This document shows positions 28,540 to 38,818 of a stretch of 64,000 nucleotides of DNA, in pieces. Position 1 is the first letter of the stretch; every line of letters starts with the position of its first letter. The stretch comes from Alteromonas sp. Its GTDB lineage: Bacteria; Margulisbacteria; Marinamargulisbacteria; UBA6595. Under the pieces are notes generated by a model, which saw only the letters and a program-made list of their open reading frames with translations, had not been told where the DNA came from and made no database searches. Position numbers and translations under genes: made by a program. The stretch lies in assembly GCA_964220215.1 (NCBI GenBank), contig CAXPTH010000008.1, positions 1 to 64,000 on the forward strand, read 5' to 3'.

Positions 28540-30511
28540 TTCACGGATTCAACAGTATTATCGCGCTATTGTTTGGGGCATTGTTGGCCTATCCATTTTG
28601 ATTGCCAGTGTGATTATCTGGGATCGTATTCAATACGATTTTAACAATCGGTCGGTATCCATCGCTATGACGTGGTCGGATGTGGAGCATCAATTCAATA
28701 CCATGGGGATTCAACCCAATGATTACGATGCTCAGCTAAAAAACCTGCGTGAAACCAGTGGTTTGACCAGTATTGTCCTGGAACCCGATACTGTTGATGA
28801 TTTGGTCAATCGGGGTCAGTTAACGGTTCTCAAGGGATCCGATATTTTAAATATGTTGCGTGTGGGCAGTGTGTATCGGTATGTATTGACCAATATTATT
28901 AATAAAAACAATATCCAGCCCAACTATTACTATTTATTTATTGATGAAACAGCCGTCTATCGGCGAGTGAAACGGCAGTTAGAAGCCGAAATTGGGGCAT
29001 TTAATGTGGTGGCCTTGGGGTATTCAGCCTTGGAAGTTCGAACCGACTTAGATACAATTTTATCGGCTAGTTTGGGGATTGATACGGCGCGTTTAAATCA
29101 GCTTCATGAGTTGGGCTATGCGGTTGTCCCGGCGTTGGTCAATACCCAGTGGCAGTCCAGTCATACGGTTAAGCTGGAAATGGAATCGTTGCAAGATCTT
29201 CCGGTCCAATTGATTGTATTTTCTGGGGATCAGGTGTTGGGCTATCCCCATCAATTGGGATGGCTTGAACAAACGATTCAAGAGCGTCAATACAGTGTTG
29301 GGGTTCCAGAATTTAAGCGCCAAGTGGGCATGAAACACCTGATTCATACAGTACCGGTCATTCGAATTCACGATGGCAGCAAGGACCCGTTAACGGTGTC
29401 GGCCATGGCGAGGCGGTATGAACGGGCGGTGAAAGAACGCAGTGTCCGGTTTTTAATTATTCGCCCGCATGACTTGCAGTTGGATCAAACGGTGGTGTTG
29501 GATCATACCCATCAATTAATTCGAATGATTCGAACGTATTTGGATCAGCATGGCTATACGGTATCCGGGGATTTAATGACGCCGTATCGGCATCGATCTG
29601 TATCAGCATGGTCGGTTCTTGCGATGAGCTGGGGGATTGCCGCCGTTGTGGTCCTGCTGTTGCAACGCTTTTGTGTCATTTCATTGCCAGTTTTTGGATT
29701 GATTATTGCCAGCATTAGTATCGGGTATTATGGATGTTTGATACTGGGGGGGGATTTGGTCTGGCGCCAAATTATGGGGTTAATTAGTGCCATTGTTGGC
29801 CCCGTCTATGCCTTGACGTGGTTTCCAGTTTCGGCGAGTGTTGACGATTACAAAACGCGCATTGTCTTTGGGTTTGGGTTTTTATTTCGGTCGGTTGCCC
29901 TGTGTTTGGGCGTGGGTTTATTTATCCAAGCGTTAATGTATGATCCCCGTTATTTGCTAAATTTGATTCCGTTTTATGGGGTTAAGTTGGCGATTATTAT
30001 CCCGATTATTTTGATTGGCTTATATTTTTACATTGAACCCCATCGATTAAGTGCCATCATTCATGTGTTTCGCCGTGTTAGTATGTTGCCGGTAAACAGC
30101 GTTGTTTTGGCTAGTGCGGTATTTGCCGTGAGCTTTTTAGGGTTTTATTTATTACGCAGTGGCAACTATATTTCGTGGGCTGTACCGGGTGTTGAGCATT
30201 GGGTTCGCAGTATGTTGGAAGATTGGTTGTTTATTCGGCCTCGGACCAAAGAGTTTTTAGTGGGGTATCCCATCTTGTTGATCGCATATGTGGGGGTTGG
30301 TCGTTGGATTCCTAAAAAATGGCTATGGTTTTTTCTGACGATTGGCGGTGTTGCGTTAATTTCGATGGTTAATTCATTTTGTCATTTTCATACGCCATTT
30401 TTGGTGTCTGTGTATCGCTCAATATTGGGGGTATGTTTGGGCAGTGGCTTGGGCTTTATCTTGGTTCTCATCCTGATTGCATGGCGGCGGTGGATCATGC
30501 ATGTACGATAA
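28529..30511 (+). CDS. DUF5693 family membrane protein
   Basis: RAVKERSVR, FYGVKL, RSGN, RPRTKEFLVGYP, NSFCHFHTP. Confidence 0.8.
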   Translation: MIASSRIQQYYRAIVWGIVGLSILIASVIIWDRIQYDFNNRSVSIAMTWSDVEHQFNTMGIQPNDYDAQLKNLRETSGLTSIVLEPDTVDDLVNRGQLTVLKGSDILNMLRVGSVYRYVLTNIINKNNIQPNYYYLFIDETAVYRRVKRQLEAEIGAFNVVALGYSALEVRTDLDTILSASLGIDTARLNQLHELGYAVVPALVNTQWQSSHTVKLEMESLQDLPVQLIVFSGDQVLGYPHQLGWLEQTIQERQYSVGVPEFKRQVGMKHLIHTVPVIRIHDGSKDPLTVSAMARRYERAVKERSVRFLIIRPHDLQLDQTVVLDHTHQLIRMIRTYLDQHGYTVSGDLMTPYRHRSVSAWSVLAMSWGIAAVVVLLLQRFCVISLPVFGLIIASISIGYYGCLILGGDLVWRQIMGLISAIVGPVYALTWFPVSASVDDYKTRIVFGFGFLFRSVALCLGVGLFIQALMYDPRYLLNLIPFYGVKLAIIIPIILIGLYFYIEPHRLSAIIHVFRRVSMLPVNSVVLASAVFAVSFLGFYLLRSGNYISWAVPGVEHWVRSMLEDWLFIRPRTKEFLVGYPILLIAYVGVGRWIPKKWLWFFLTIGGVALISMVNSFCHFHTPFLVSVYRSILGVCLGSGLGFILVLILIAWRRWIMHVR

Positions 30512-31181
30512 ATTACTCAACAGTATCGGTATTCAATTTAACAATGTGCAGTATTTGAACGAAGCGATGACCCATGCCTCGCATGGCTCATCCATAAACA
30601 ACGAGCGCTTGGAGTTTTTTGGGGATGCTGTATTAAAATTGGTGGTATCGGAATACTTGGTTAATGCGTATCCCGATTACAATGAGGGGCAATTGACCCA
30701 GTTGCGGGCGTGGCTCATTTCAGATTCGGCCTTGCATATTGTGGCCAAGTCCATTGCCTTGGGGGATTGTTTGCGTTTATCCAAAAGCGAGCGACGGAAC
30801 AAGGCACACGAGCGACCGTCGTTGTTGGCCAATGCGTTTGAGGCCCTAGTGGGTGCGATTTACTTGGACCAAGGGTTGCCCGTTGTGCAATCGTTTATAG
30901 TCGACCGACTGGATGCGATTTTAATGCCATTGGTTCAAAAAAATTACCATGTGGATCACAAAAGCGAATTGCAAGAACGCATGCAAAAATCCCGCTCAGA
31001 CTTGCCTGTTTACGCCGTCGTGCGCACCCAGGGGACGGATCACAACAAAGTATTTGTGGTATCGGTCTCGGTTGTATGGAACGGGCAACCCTATCGTGAA
31101 GAAGGCTCGGGACGAACTAAAAAAGCAGCGGAGCAGTCCGCAGCACAAGCCATGATCGAGCGGTTAGACAACAATATTTAG
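30501..31181 (+). CDS. rnc: Ribonuclease III
   Basis: [27 protein letters not shown]-terminal ds[12 protein letters not shown]. Confidence 0.95.
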   Translation: MYDKLLNSIGIQFNNVQYLNEAMTHASHGSSINNERLEFFGDAVLKLVVSEYLVNAYPDYNEGQLTQLRAWLISDSALHIVAKSIALGDCLRLSKSERRNKAHERPSLLANAFEALVGAIYLDQGLPVVQSFIVDRLDAILMPLVQKNYHVDHKSELQERMQKSRSDLPVYAVVRTQGTDHNKVFVVSVSVVWNGQPYREEGSGRTKKAAEQSAAQAMIERLDNNI

Positions 31182-33530
31182 CAGTTTATTTGGGATAAAA
31201 ATAACTTTTTTAGGAGCGGTATCCGTTGTATAGCGTTGAATGGCCGGGGATGCAAAAGCCGTGGCTTCAACATCTGGTTGCGAAACCCCTTTGGGAAACG
31301 TTGATTTGTCCCGTACTTTTCCGTTAATTTGAAAGACAATCGTGCAGGTATCTTGCTCCAATTGCTTCGGGTCATGGGTGGGCCATGACTGGCTATGAAC
31401 GCTATCGGAGTGGCCAAGCTGATGCCACAGCTCTTCGGTAATCAGGGGTGCAAAGGGTGCGAGCAAACGCAGCAATGTATCCAGGGCTTCAGGCGTTGTG
31501 CCCAGCTTGGTTAAGGTATTCACAAACGTCATTAAATAGCTAATGGCGGTATTGTACTGAAACCGTTGAATATCGTTTGTAACCGCTGCAATGGTTTGGT
31601 GCCGGGCGGTTTCAATCGCAGCGACATCGGTGGCCGTTGCTGCCTGGGTGACCAATCGAAAGACACGGCTAAGAAATCGAAAGGCCCCGTCAACACCTTG
31701 ATCAGACCATGCCAAATCGCGCTCGGGTGGAGCCGTAAATAAAATAAACAATCGGGTGGTATCCACGCCATAGCGCTCAATAATCTCGCTTGGGTCTACA
31801 GTATTGCCCAAGGACTTGGACATTTTCGCCCCATCTTTAATGACCATGCCCTGGGTTAATAAATGTTTAAATGGCTCGGTCACGGTGGTTAGCCCCAAGT
31901 CTCGGCAAACACGGGTAAAAAACCGCGCATACAGTAAATGCAAGATGGCGTGCTCAATGCCCCCAATGTAGTGATCCACAGGCAGCCAGTGGTTGGCCAA
32001 CGGTGTGTCAATGGCCTGCGTGCTATCCGTTGGGTTTAAGTACCGGAAAAAATACCAAGACGAATCCATAAACGTATCCATCGTATCGGTTTCGCGTCTT
32101 GCGGCTGTTCCGCAGGTTGGGCAGGTCGTATTCACAAAGTCGGGGCAATTATCCAAGGGATTGTTGGGCTTGGAAAAATCCACAGACTCCGGCAACAGAA
32201 CCGGCAATTGATCCTCTGGAACGGGTACAATCCCGCAGGTGTCGCAATACACCACCGGAATGGGGGTTCCCCAATACCGTTGCCGAGACATGAGCCAATC
32301 CCGCAATCGGTATTGGGTGGCAGCCGATCCCACCCCATTCGATTCAATCCAATCAACAATGGTTTGTTTAAATTTTGTGCTGGGCATGCCGCCATACTCC
32401 GGATGATCCAGGCACATGATGCCCGGTTCCGTGTCGGCTTCTGTGAGGGTTTTGGGCGTCTCGCCCGTTTTGGAAATAACGGGAATAATCGGGAGTTTAT
32501 ACTGGGTTGCAAAGGCAAAGTCCCGCTCGTCGTGGGCGGGGACAGCCATCACAGCACCGGATCCGTAATCCATTAGCACATAATCGGCAACCCAAATGGG
32601 TATTTTGGTGTTCGTAAAGGGGCTGGTGGCATAGAGGCCTGTAAAAACGCCCTGGGGCTGCTCAGCATCGGGATTCATAGCGGCTATTGCGGCGTGCACA
32701 GCCGGGTCTTGGATATGCTCCCGGACAAATACATGGTCTTTAGCAATGGCCAAATACGTAATTCCATAGACCGTATCGGGGCGTGTGGTGTAAATCGTAA
32801 TGGGTGTATGATCCGTTTTGAATTCAATATGCACCCCAGTGGATCGCCCAATCCAATTGGCTTGCATGGTGGTTACTTTTTTGGGCCACCCGCCGTTGGG
32901 GGGCTCTAGATCTGTTAATCCATCCAGTAACGCATCGGCATAGTCGGTAATTTTTAGAAACCATTGGGATAAATCCCGTTGCTCAATGGGGTTGGCACAT
33001 CGCCAGCAGGCGTCATCCACCACTTGTTCATTGGCCAATACCGTGTGACACGTTTCGCACCAGTTGACCGGTGCTTTCTTTTTGTACGCCAGCCCCTTTG
33101 CTAGCAATTGGGTAAAAAACCATTGATTCCATCGATAATACGCTGAATCGCAGGTTTGAACCAATCGGTCCCAGTCGTAGCTGAGTGCCAATGATTTTAA
33201 CTGATGAATCATGTGTTGAATGTTGTTTTTGGTCCATGTTTTGGGGTCTGTGTTGTGCTTTTTAGCCGCATTTTCAGCGGGTAGCCCCAAGGCGTCAAAC
33301 CCAATGGGGTATAGCACATCGTACCCATTCATTCGGTAAAAACGAGCGAGAACATCGCCCAAGCTATAATTGCGGACATGGCCCATGTGCAAATGCCCCG
33401 ACGGGTAAGGGAACATTTCTAAAATATATTTTTTGGGCCGTTCGCTGGGTGTTGCGTTTAGTTTATAGGGGTTTTGGGCTTCCCACTCGGATAACCATCG
33501 GCTTTCAAATTCATTTGGCTTATAGTCCAT
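31164..33530 (-). CDS. leuS: Leucine--tRNA ligase
   Basis: MFPYPSG.LHMGH, KMSKS, editing-domain [10 protein letters not shown]. Confidence 0.97.
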   Translation of the reverse strand: MDYKPNEFESRWLSEWEAQNPYKLNATPSERPKKYILEMFPYPSGHLHMGHVRNYSLGDVLARFYRMNGYDVLYPIGFDALGLPAENAAKKHNTDPKTWTKNNIQHMIHQLKSLALSYDWDRLVQTCDSAYYRWNQWFFTQLLAKGLAYKKKAPVNWCETCHTVLANEQVVDDACWRCANPIEQRDLSQWFLKITDYADALLDGLTDLEPPNGGWPKKVTTMQANWIGRSTGVHIEFKTDHTPITIYTTRPDTVYGITYLAIAKDHVFVREHIQDPAVHAAIAAMNPDAEQPQGVFTGLYATSPFTNTKIPIWVADYVLMDYGSGAVMAVPAHDERDFAFATQYKLPIIPVISKTGETPKTLTEADTEPGIMCLDHPEYGGMPSTKFKQTIVDWIESNGVGSAATQYRLRDWLMSRQRYWGTPIPVVYCDTCGIVPVPEDQLPVLLPESVDFSKPNNPLDNCPDFVNTTCPTCGTAARRETDTMDTFMDSSWYFFRYLNPTDSTQAIDTPLANHWLPVDHYIGGIEHAILHLLYARFFTRVCRDLGLTTVTEPFKHLLTQGMVIKDGAKMSKSLGNTVDPSEIIERYGVDTTRLFILFTAPPERDLAWSDQGVDGAFRFLSRVFRLVTQAATATDVAAIETARHQTIAAVTNDIQRFQYNTAISYLMTFVNTLTKLGTTPEALDTLLRLLAPFAPLITEELWHQLGHSDSVHSQSWPTHDPKQLEQDTCTIVFQINGKVRDKSTFPKGVSQPDVEATAFASPAIQRYTTDTAPKKVIFIPNKLLNIVV

Positions 33531-33531
33531 T

Positions 33532-34001
33532 CTAAATAAATGATAGCATATTGCGTATGCATGTGGACGGTATTGATAGTTGGGTGCGATAGTTATAATT
33601 TATTAAATCCCCTAAATCTCCCTAAGGCCCCTAAATCCCAAAAGCCCCCTAAATCCCCCTAAAGGGGACTTGTTACATCTAGGTGCTTAATCCCTAGGCC
33701 CCTAAATCCCCTAAAGGGGACTTGTGATGCTGATAATCTCAATAAAGAGCCATGGGGCGTGGCATTTAGAGGGCAGCATAGCATTGGGTCAAATTTAGAT
33801 AAATTAATTTCAACAATCCAAATGCACAAAAGTCCCCCTTTAGGGGGATTTAGGGGGCTTTTAGGGTGGGAAGTGACTAGAGGTATTTAGGGGCCTGGGG
33901 GAATTACACCCCCGGTCATTGAGTCGCTCATATTCAATCACGAACTTATATTCCGTACTAAACAAATGATATTATATTGCGTATGCATGTGGACTATATT
34001 G
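33532..34001 (+). repeat. 44-bp imperfect direct repeat (33532-33575 and 33958-34001) flanking the insertion
   Basis: 39/44 identical; exact 21-bp core ATATTGCGTATGCATGTGGAC at 33548-33568 and 33974-33994. Confidence 0.85.
33605..33896. repeat. REP/SDR-like CCCCTAAATCCCCCTAAAGGGGACTT repeats in direct and inverted orientation
   Basis: Copies at about 33640-33671 and 33697-33723, partial copies at 33605-33639, inverted copy at 33830-33862, and an outer inverted pair at 33625-33636 / 33885-33896. Confidence 0.85.
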
Positions 34002-35467
34002 TTGTGGGAGCTGGGATTGCTGGGCTAACCAGCGCGTATGAATTGGCACAGCATGGCACGGTGTGGGTGCTGTCTAAATCATCACCAGCAAATATCACCA
34101 CAACGTGGGCGAAAGGCGGTATTGCCTCGGTAATGTCGCCGTCAGATTCGGTGCACTTGCATCGGCAAGATACCCTCATTGCGGGGTGCGGTCGGTGTGA
34201 CCCGGATCGGGTGGATATTTTAGTCACAGAGGGGCCCGATCGAATTCGAGACTTGGTCGCCATGGGTGTTGATTTTGACCGAGAACCAGGGCCAGCCAGA
34301 GGGTTTCATTTGGGGCATGAAGCGGCACATCAACAACGACGAATTTTGCATGTGGGCGATCAAACGGGCCGTAACGTTCATGCCGCCATGTATCGAGCAG
34401 CATCTCAGCACAGTCGGATCAAAATTTGGGATCAAGCGACTGTGGTTGAGTTGCTGTGTCACGCTGGAACCCATGGCGTTCGCCAGTGCTATGGCTGTGT
34501 TGTGTATGTGAACGGGCAGCGGCACACGATGCAAGCCAAAGCGGTTGTATTGGCTACCGGTGGTGCAGCGCATATGTATGCCCAAACATCGGCGCCGGCT
34601 GGTTGTTATGGCGATGGCATTGGGTTGGCGCACCAGGCTGGCGCAGCAATTCGAGATATGGCCTTTGTTCAATTTCACCCAACCGTTGTGTATGGCACTA
34701 ACTTTTTGGTCTCTGAAGTGGTGCGTGGGGAAGGGGCTCGATTACGGGACCTATCTGGGGCCTTTATTATGGACGGCGTGCACCCAGATAAAGATCTAGC
34801 TCCTCGCGATGTGGTCTCGCGAGCCGTAACGGCGGCCCTGCATGCGGGGAGTCCGCACGTGTGGCTAGACATGACCCTATGCTCGGTACCCATTGCAGAG
34901 CGATTCCCAGCCCTTTATGACTACTGCATGGCCCATGGATTTGATCCCAATGCACGGCTTCCGGTTGTGCCGGCTGCCCATTACACCATGGGTGGGGTTC
35001 ACGTGGATGAAAATGGTGAAACAACAATCGCTAAATTATACGCTGTCGGCGAAGTGGCCAGTACGGGGGTGCATGGCGCCAATCGATTGGCCTCGAATTC
35101 GCTTTTGGAAGGCTTGGTATTTGGGTATCGGGCGGCTCGGCATATTGTGACCCATGTTAGTGCGTTGAATCGGGTCGCAATCGGTCAAACCCGTTGGCCC
35201 GATAGCTTACCGGATGAATCGGGACTTGAAGCAAACAGTCAGGCAATTCGAGATTTGATGAGCGAATCGGTGGGGATTATTCGGACCCGTACTGCACTGG
35301 TCCAAGCCCGTGATCGGGTGATGCACTGGCAGTCTCAAGTGAATCCCCAAGCCTCTCTTCAAGCGTGGAGTGTTTCCATGATGCTAAGCGTTGCCATGCA
35401 GATGATTGCGGACAGTTTGGCCCAAACCCAGAATTGCGGTAGTTTTTATTGCACAGATTTGGCTTGA
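33983..35467 (+). CDS. nadB: L-aspartate oxidase
   Basis: VVGAGIAG, AKGGIA, QFHPT, SEVVRGEG, HYTMGG, GVHGANRLASNSLLE. Confidence 0.93.
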   Translation: MHVDYIVVGAGIAGLTSAYELAQHGTVWVLSKSSPANITTTWAKGGIASVMSPSDSVHLHRQDTLIAGCGRCDPDRVDILVTEGPDRIRDLVAMGVDFDREPGPARGFHLGHEAAHQQRRILHVGDQTGRNVHAAMYRAASQHSRIKIWDQATVVELLCHAGTHGVRQCYGCVVYVNGQRHTMQAKAVVLATGGAAHMYAQTSAPAGCYGDGIGLAHQAGAAIRDMAFVQFHPTVVYGTNFLVSEVVRGEGARLRDLSGAFIMDGVHPDKDLAPRDVVSRAVTAALHAGSPHVWLDMTLCSVPIAERFPALYDYCMAHGFDPNARLPVVPAAHYTMGGVHVDENGETTIAKLYAVGEVASTGVHGANRLASNSLLEGLVFGYRAARHIVTHVSALNRVAIGQTRWPDSLPDESGLEANSQAIRDLMSESVGIIRTRTALVQARDRVMHWQSQVNPQASLQAWSVSMMLSVAMQMIADSLAQTQNCGSFYCTDLA

Positions 35468-36999
35468 ATAAACGAGGCACAGGCCATGCCAGCTTTGGCG
35501 CCTTCCCCCACGGCCACGACAATTTGTTTATACGGCGTTGTGGTGACATCCCCAGCTGAAAAAATACCGGGAACATTGGTCTGGCACTGATCGGTCACGT
35601 TAATTTCACCATACGGTGTGCTATCCACGAGGGATTGAACTAAATCACTATTGGGTTTTAGTCCAATTTGAACAAACACGCCATCCAAGGTCAGCGTATG
35701 CACGCGATTATCCGATCGATTGGTGTATTGGAGCCCAGTGACATGCTTGCCATTGCCAAGAATTGCCGTTGTCTTCGCGTGGGTAATCCAATCAACGTTG
35801 GGGCATTGCTTAAGCCGATCCACCAAAACGGCATCGGCATTCAGGGCTTCGCCAAATTCCAACAGGGTCACATGGCGAACGATCTGGGCCAAATCAAGGG
35901 CTGCCTCAACGCCAGAATTACCACCACCAATCACGGCAATGGGTTTGTTGGCATAAAAGGGGCCATCGCAATGGGGGCAAAACGCCACGCCATTGCCAAT
36001 GTACTCGGACTCCCCAGGCACATTTAAGGTTTTCCATTGGGCGCCTGTCGCAATGATAACGGCTTTCGCTTGAACGGTTTCGTGGGTGTTTAAAACAACG
36101 GAGTGATCGGCATGCACGGCGGTTGCGGTTCGGTTGTCTAAAACGGTAATGTTGGCATAATCCTGCACATGGTTGGCTAAGTTTTTAATGAGCTCAGGCC
36201 CCGTTGTATACGGCGTGCCAATGAAGTTTTCAATGCCTAGAGTGTCTTTTAATTGACCGCCCACATGATCGGTCACAAGGGTACACGCAATGCCTTTGCG
36301 TGCCAAATAAATTGCGCTAGATAGACCCGCTGGGCCACCGCCCACAATGCAAACGTCAGTGGTGTGCGATTGCTGAGGGGCTGTTGCCTTGAGTTGAGCC
36401 TCTGGATCGGTATCCGTTAATCGATCCAAGATATCGCCCAACGTCGTTTTTCCGGATACCAGCAATGTATCGCCATCAAAGACAGCCGGAACGCCTTGAA
36501 CATTCAAACGATCAATTAACTCCGGTGTAAAAGCGCCGTCAATCGTATCGTGTTGAATTGTGGGGTTTTGAATGGCAATCATATTCAAGGCTTGGACCAC
36601 GTCTGGGCAAGTGGCACACGATAGCGACACGAAGGTGCGCAGCATGCGGGGTTTTTTCAAGGCTTGAATACGATTTAAAAATATAGGGTCCGGCAGCTTG
36701 CCTTTGCCATTGGCATTTAAAATCGCCAAAATGAGTGAGCTAAATTCATGCCCACCCGGGATTCCAGTAAACACAACACCCGTGTCCCCGTGTTCGGTAT
36801 GAATGTGAACGCGGGGTATTGGGCTTTGCTCGCCGAGCTCAACACAGTGAACGTGTTCGGATGCGTCGCTCACGGCAGACAACAGCGCCACCAACTCAGC
36901 GTGCTTGGGGTGATTGGATGGCTGAACAGCCAAAGTAATGGGGCCATCCAACCGAGCCAAGGCATCGGCTACTTGTTTGTGTGTCGCTGCGTCTAACAT
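35446..36999 (-). CDS. ahpF: Alkyl hydroperoxide reductase subunit F
   Basis: [30 protein letters not shown]. Confidence 0.95.
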   Translation of the reverse strand: MLDAATHKQVADALARLDGPITLAVQPSNHPKHAELVALLSAVSDASEHVHCVELGEQSPIPRVHIHTEHGDTGVVFTGIPGGHEFSSLILAILNANGKGKLPDPIFLNRIQALKKPRMLRTFVSLSCATCPDVVQALNMIAIQNPTIQHDTIDGAFTPELIDRLNVQGVPAVFDGDTLLVSGKTTLGDILDRLTDTDPEAQLKATAPQQSHTTDVCIVGGGPAGLSSAIYLARKGIACTLVTDHVGGQLKDTLGIENFIGTPYTTGPELIKNLANHVQDYANITVLDNRTATAVHADHSVVLNTHETVQAKAVIIATGAQWKTLNVPGESEYIGNGVAFCPHCDGPFYANKPIAVIGGGNSGVEAALDLAQIVRHVTLLEFGEALNADAVLVDRLKQCPNVDWITHAKTTAILGNGKHVTGLQYTNRSDNRVHTLTLDGVFVQIGLKPNSDLVQSLVDSTPYGEINVTDQCQTNVPGIFSAGDVTTTPYKQIVVAVGEGAKAGMACASFIQAKSVQ

Positions 37000-37010
37000 A
37001 AAATTAAGGC

Positions 37011-37580
37011 CTATAGTTTTCCGATCAAACTTAATTCAGGCGTAAGTGTTGCGGCGCCTTCTTCCCATTTAGCTGGGCATACTTCATTGGGGTTTTTAGC
37101 AATGTATTGTGCGGCTTTCACTTTTCGAAGCAATTCATCCACGTTTCTTCCAATCCCATTGTCATTCACTTCAGCAATCACAATATTGCCTTCTGGATTG
37201 ACAACGAAAGTCCCGCGGTAGTCCAGACCCGTTTGTTCATCGTATACGCCAAATGCACGCGAAAAACTACCGGTTGGATCGGCCAACATGGGGTATGTAA
37301 TTTTTTTGATTGTATCGGAGGCATCGTGCCACGCCTTGTGAGTGAAATGCGTGTCCGTACTGACTGAATACACGTTAACACCTAAACTTTGAAAGGTCGC
37401 GTATTGATCCGCTAAATCGCCCAACTCAGTGGGGCAAACAAATGTAAAATCAGCGGGGTAGAAAAAGAAAACGCCCCAGGATCCTTTTACATCGTCTTGA
37501 GTAACCGTTAAAAACTTGTCTTCAATAAAGGCTTGAAGTGAAAATTCAGGCAACGGCTGGCCAATAATGGGTTGTGTCAT
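37011..37580 (-). CDS. ahpC: Alkyl hydroperoxide reductase subunit C (2-Cys peroxiredoxin)
   Basis: [12 protein letters not shown] and EVCPAKW; AAGGAG RBS. Confidence 0.97.
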   Translation of the reverse strand: MTQPIIGQPLPEFSLQAFIEDKFLTVTQDDVKGSWGVFFFYPADFTFVCPTELGDLADQYATFQSLGVNVYSVSTDTHFTHKAWHDASDTIKKITYPMLADPTGSFSRAFGVYDEQTGLDYRGTFVVNPEGNIVIAEVNDNGIGRNVDELLRKVKAAQYIAKNPNEVCPAKWEEGAATLTPELSLIGKL

Positions 37581-37650
37581 GGTTAAGACTCCTTGTGGTT
37601 AATCCAATAAGTTAGTTATAATGATACGGTAAATTTCCCCATAAAATCCA

Positions 37651-37686
37651 ATACGCGTTCCCAATTATTCAATAGCTTTTGACTAT
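37651..37686. promoter_or_regulatory. Putative OxyR operator between divergent ahpC and oxyR
   Basis: ATAG-N7-CTAT at 37672-37686 preceded by degenerate ATAC-N7-CAAT at 37651-37665. Confidence 0.65.
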
Positions 37687-37725
37687 TGATTTTATTTTTT
37701 GTTTATTTTATTCTATTGTAAGAGT

Positions 37726-38682
37726 ATGTTCAGTATTGATCAATTACGGTATGTGATGGCGGTGTATCAGGAGCGTCATTTTGGGCGAGCGGCTCAGCGG
37801 TGTTTGGTTTCGCAACCATCGTTATCCACGCAGATTATGAAGTTGGAGGAGCGGCTGGGCTTTCCGATTTTTGATCGGTCTAAAAAGCCAATTAAAATCA
37901 CGCCACCGGGGGACATGTTTATTAAGCAGGCGCGCCAAGTGTTGCATGAATACGATGTGTTAATGACGGTGTCTCAAACGGCTGAGCCGGTGCAGGGCCT
38001 GTTTCGGTTGGGGATTATGCCCACGTTGTCGCCGTATATTGTGCCGTTATTTTTAGAAAAGTTTTCGCATGCGAATCCGCAGGTTCGTTTGGTGGTCACA
38101 GAGTCTAAGACCGAGGATATTATTGCTCAGATTCAGGAGGATCAGTTGGATGCGGGTTTATTGGCGACGCCGTTAACCATTGGTGGGATTCATGAAAAGA
38201 AGTTATTTTATGAGCCATTTTTTGTTTTTGTATCGCCCAACAGTGCGTTGGCCCAAAACGCCAGTATTACGGAGTCGGATTTAGCTGGGGAATCGGTTTG
38301 GCTGTTGGATGAGGGGCATTGTTTTCGCAATCAAGTCTTGAGTATTTGTCGCAATTCAGATACTCGCAATGCGTTAAACAATGTATCGTTTTCGAGTGGT
38401 CAGCTGGAAACGATGATTAACTTGGTGCGATTGGGTCGGGGGTGTACCTTGTTGCCGTATTTGGCGACTACGTATTTGACGGAAGACGAAAAACAGTCGT
38501 GGATTCGTCCCTTTGCAGCGCCAACGCCCAAGCGAGAGATTAGCTTGGTGTATAGCCGAACAGATTGGAAACAGGGAGCCCTGCAGTCGTTGGCGTATCA
38601 TATCGTGTCAAACTTACCGGCGAATTGTTACCAAGACTCAGAGAATCAAGCCAATATTATTCCAATTTTAGAAACGGAGTAG
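37726..38682 (+). CDS. oxyR: Hydrogen peroxide-inducible LysR regulator OxyR
   Basis: LysR HTH (HFGRAA..C.VSQPSLS); redox motif GHCFRNQVLSIC; divergent from ahpCF. Confidence 0.93.
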   Translation: MFSIDQLRYVMAVYQERHFGRAAQRCLVSQPSLSTQIMKLEERLGFPIFDRSKKPIKITPPGDMFIKQARQVLHEYDVLMTVSQTAEPVQGLFRLGIMPTLSPYIVPLFLEKFSHANPQVRLVVTESKTEDIIAQIQEDQLDAGLLATPLTIGGIHEKKLFYEPFFVFVSPNSALAQNASITESDLAGESVWLLDEGHCFRNQVLSICRNSDTRNALNNVSFSSGQLETMINLVRLGRGCTLLPYLATTYLTEDEKQSWIRPFAAPTPKREISLVYSRTDWKQGALQSLAYHIVSNLPANCYQDSENQANIIPILETE

Positions 38683-38818
38683 GTCAGCTTTAAATAATAT
38701 AATCTGATCATCAATTGCGGTAGTGATTGTATTAAAGGAAAGGCGTGTATTGAGGTAAACACGGGTTTATTAGAGTTTTAAAAATTTTATATGCGTGTAT
38801 GTTAGTATTATTTATGTC

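Noticed and set aside
33605..33896. Possible CRISPR array
   Set aside because: Repeats are irregularly spaced, in both orientations, lack uniform unique spacers, and there are no cas genes.
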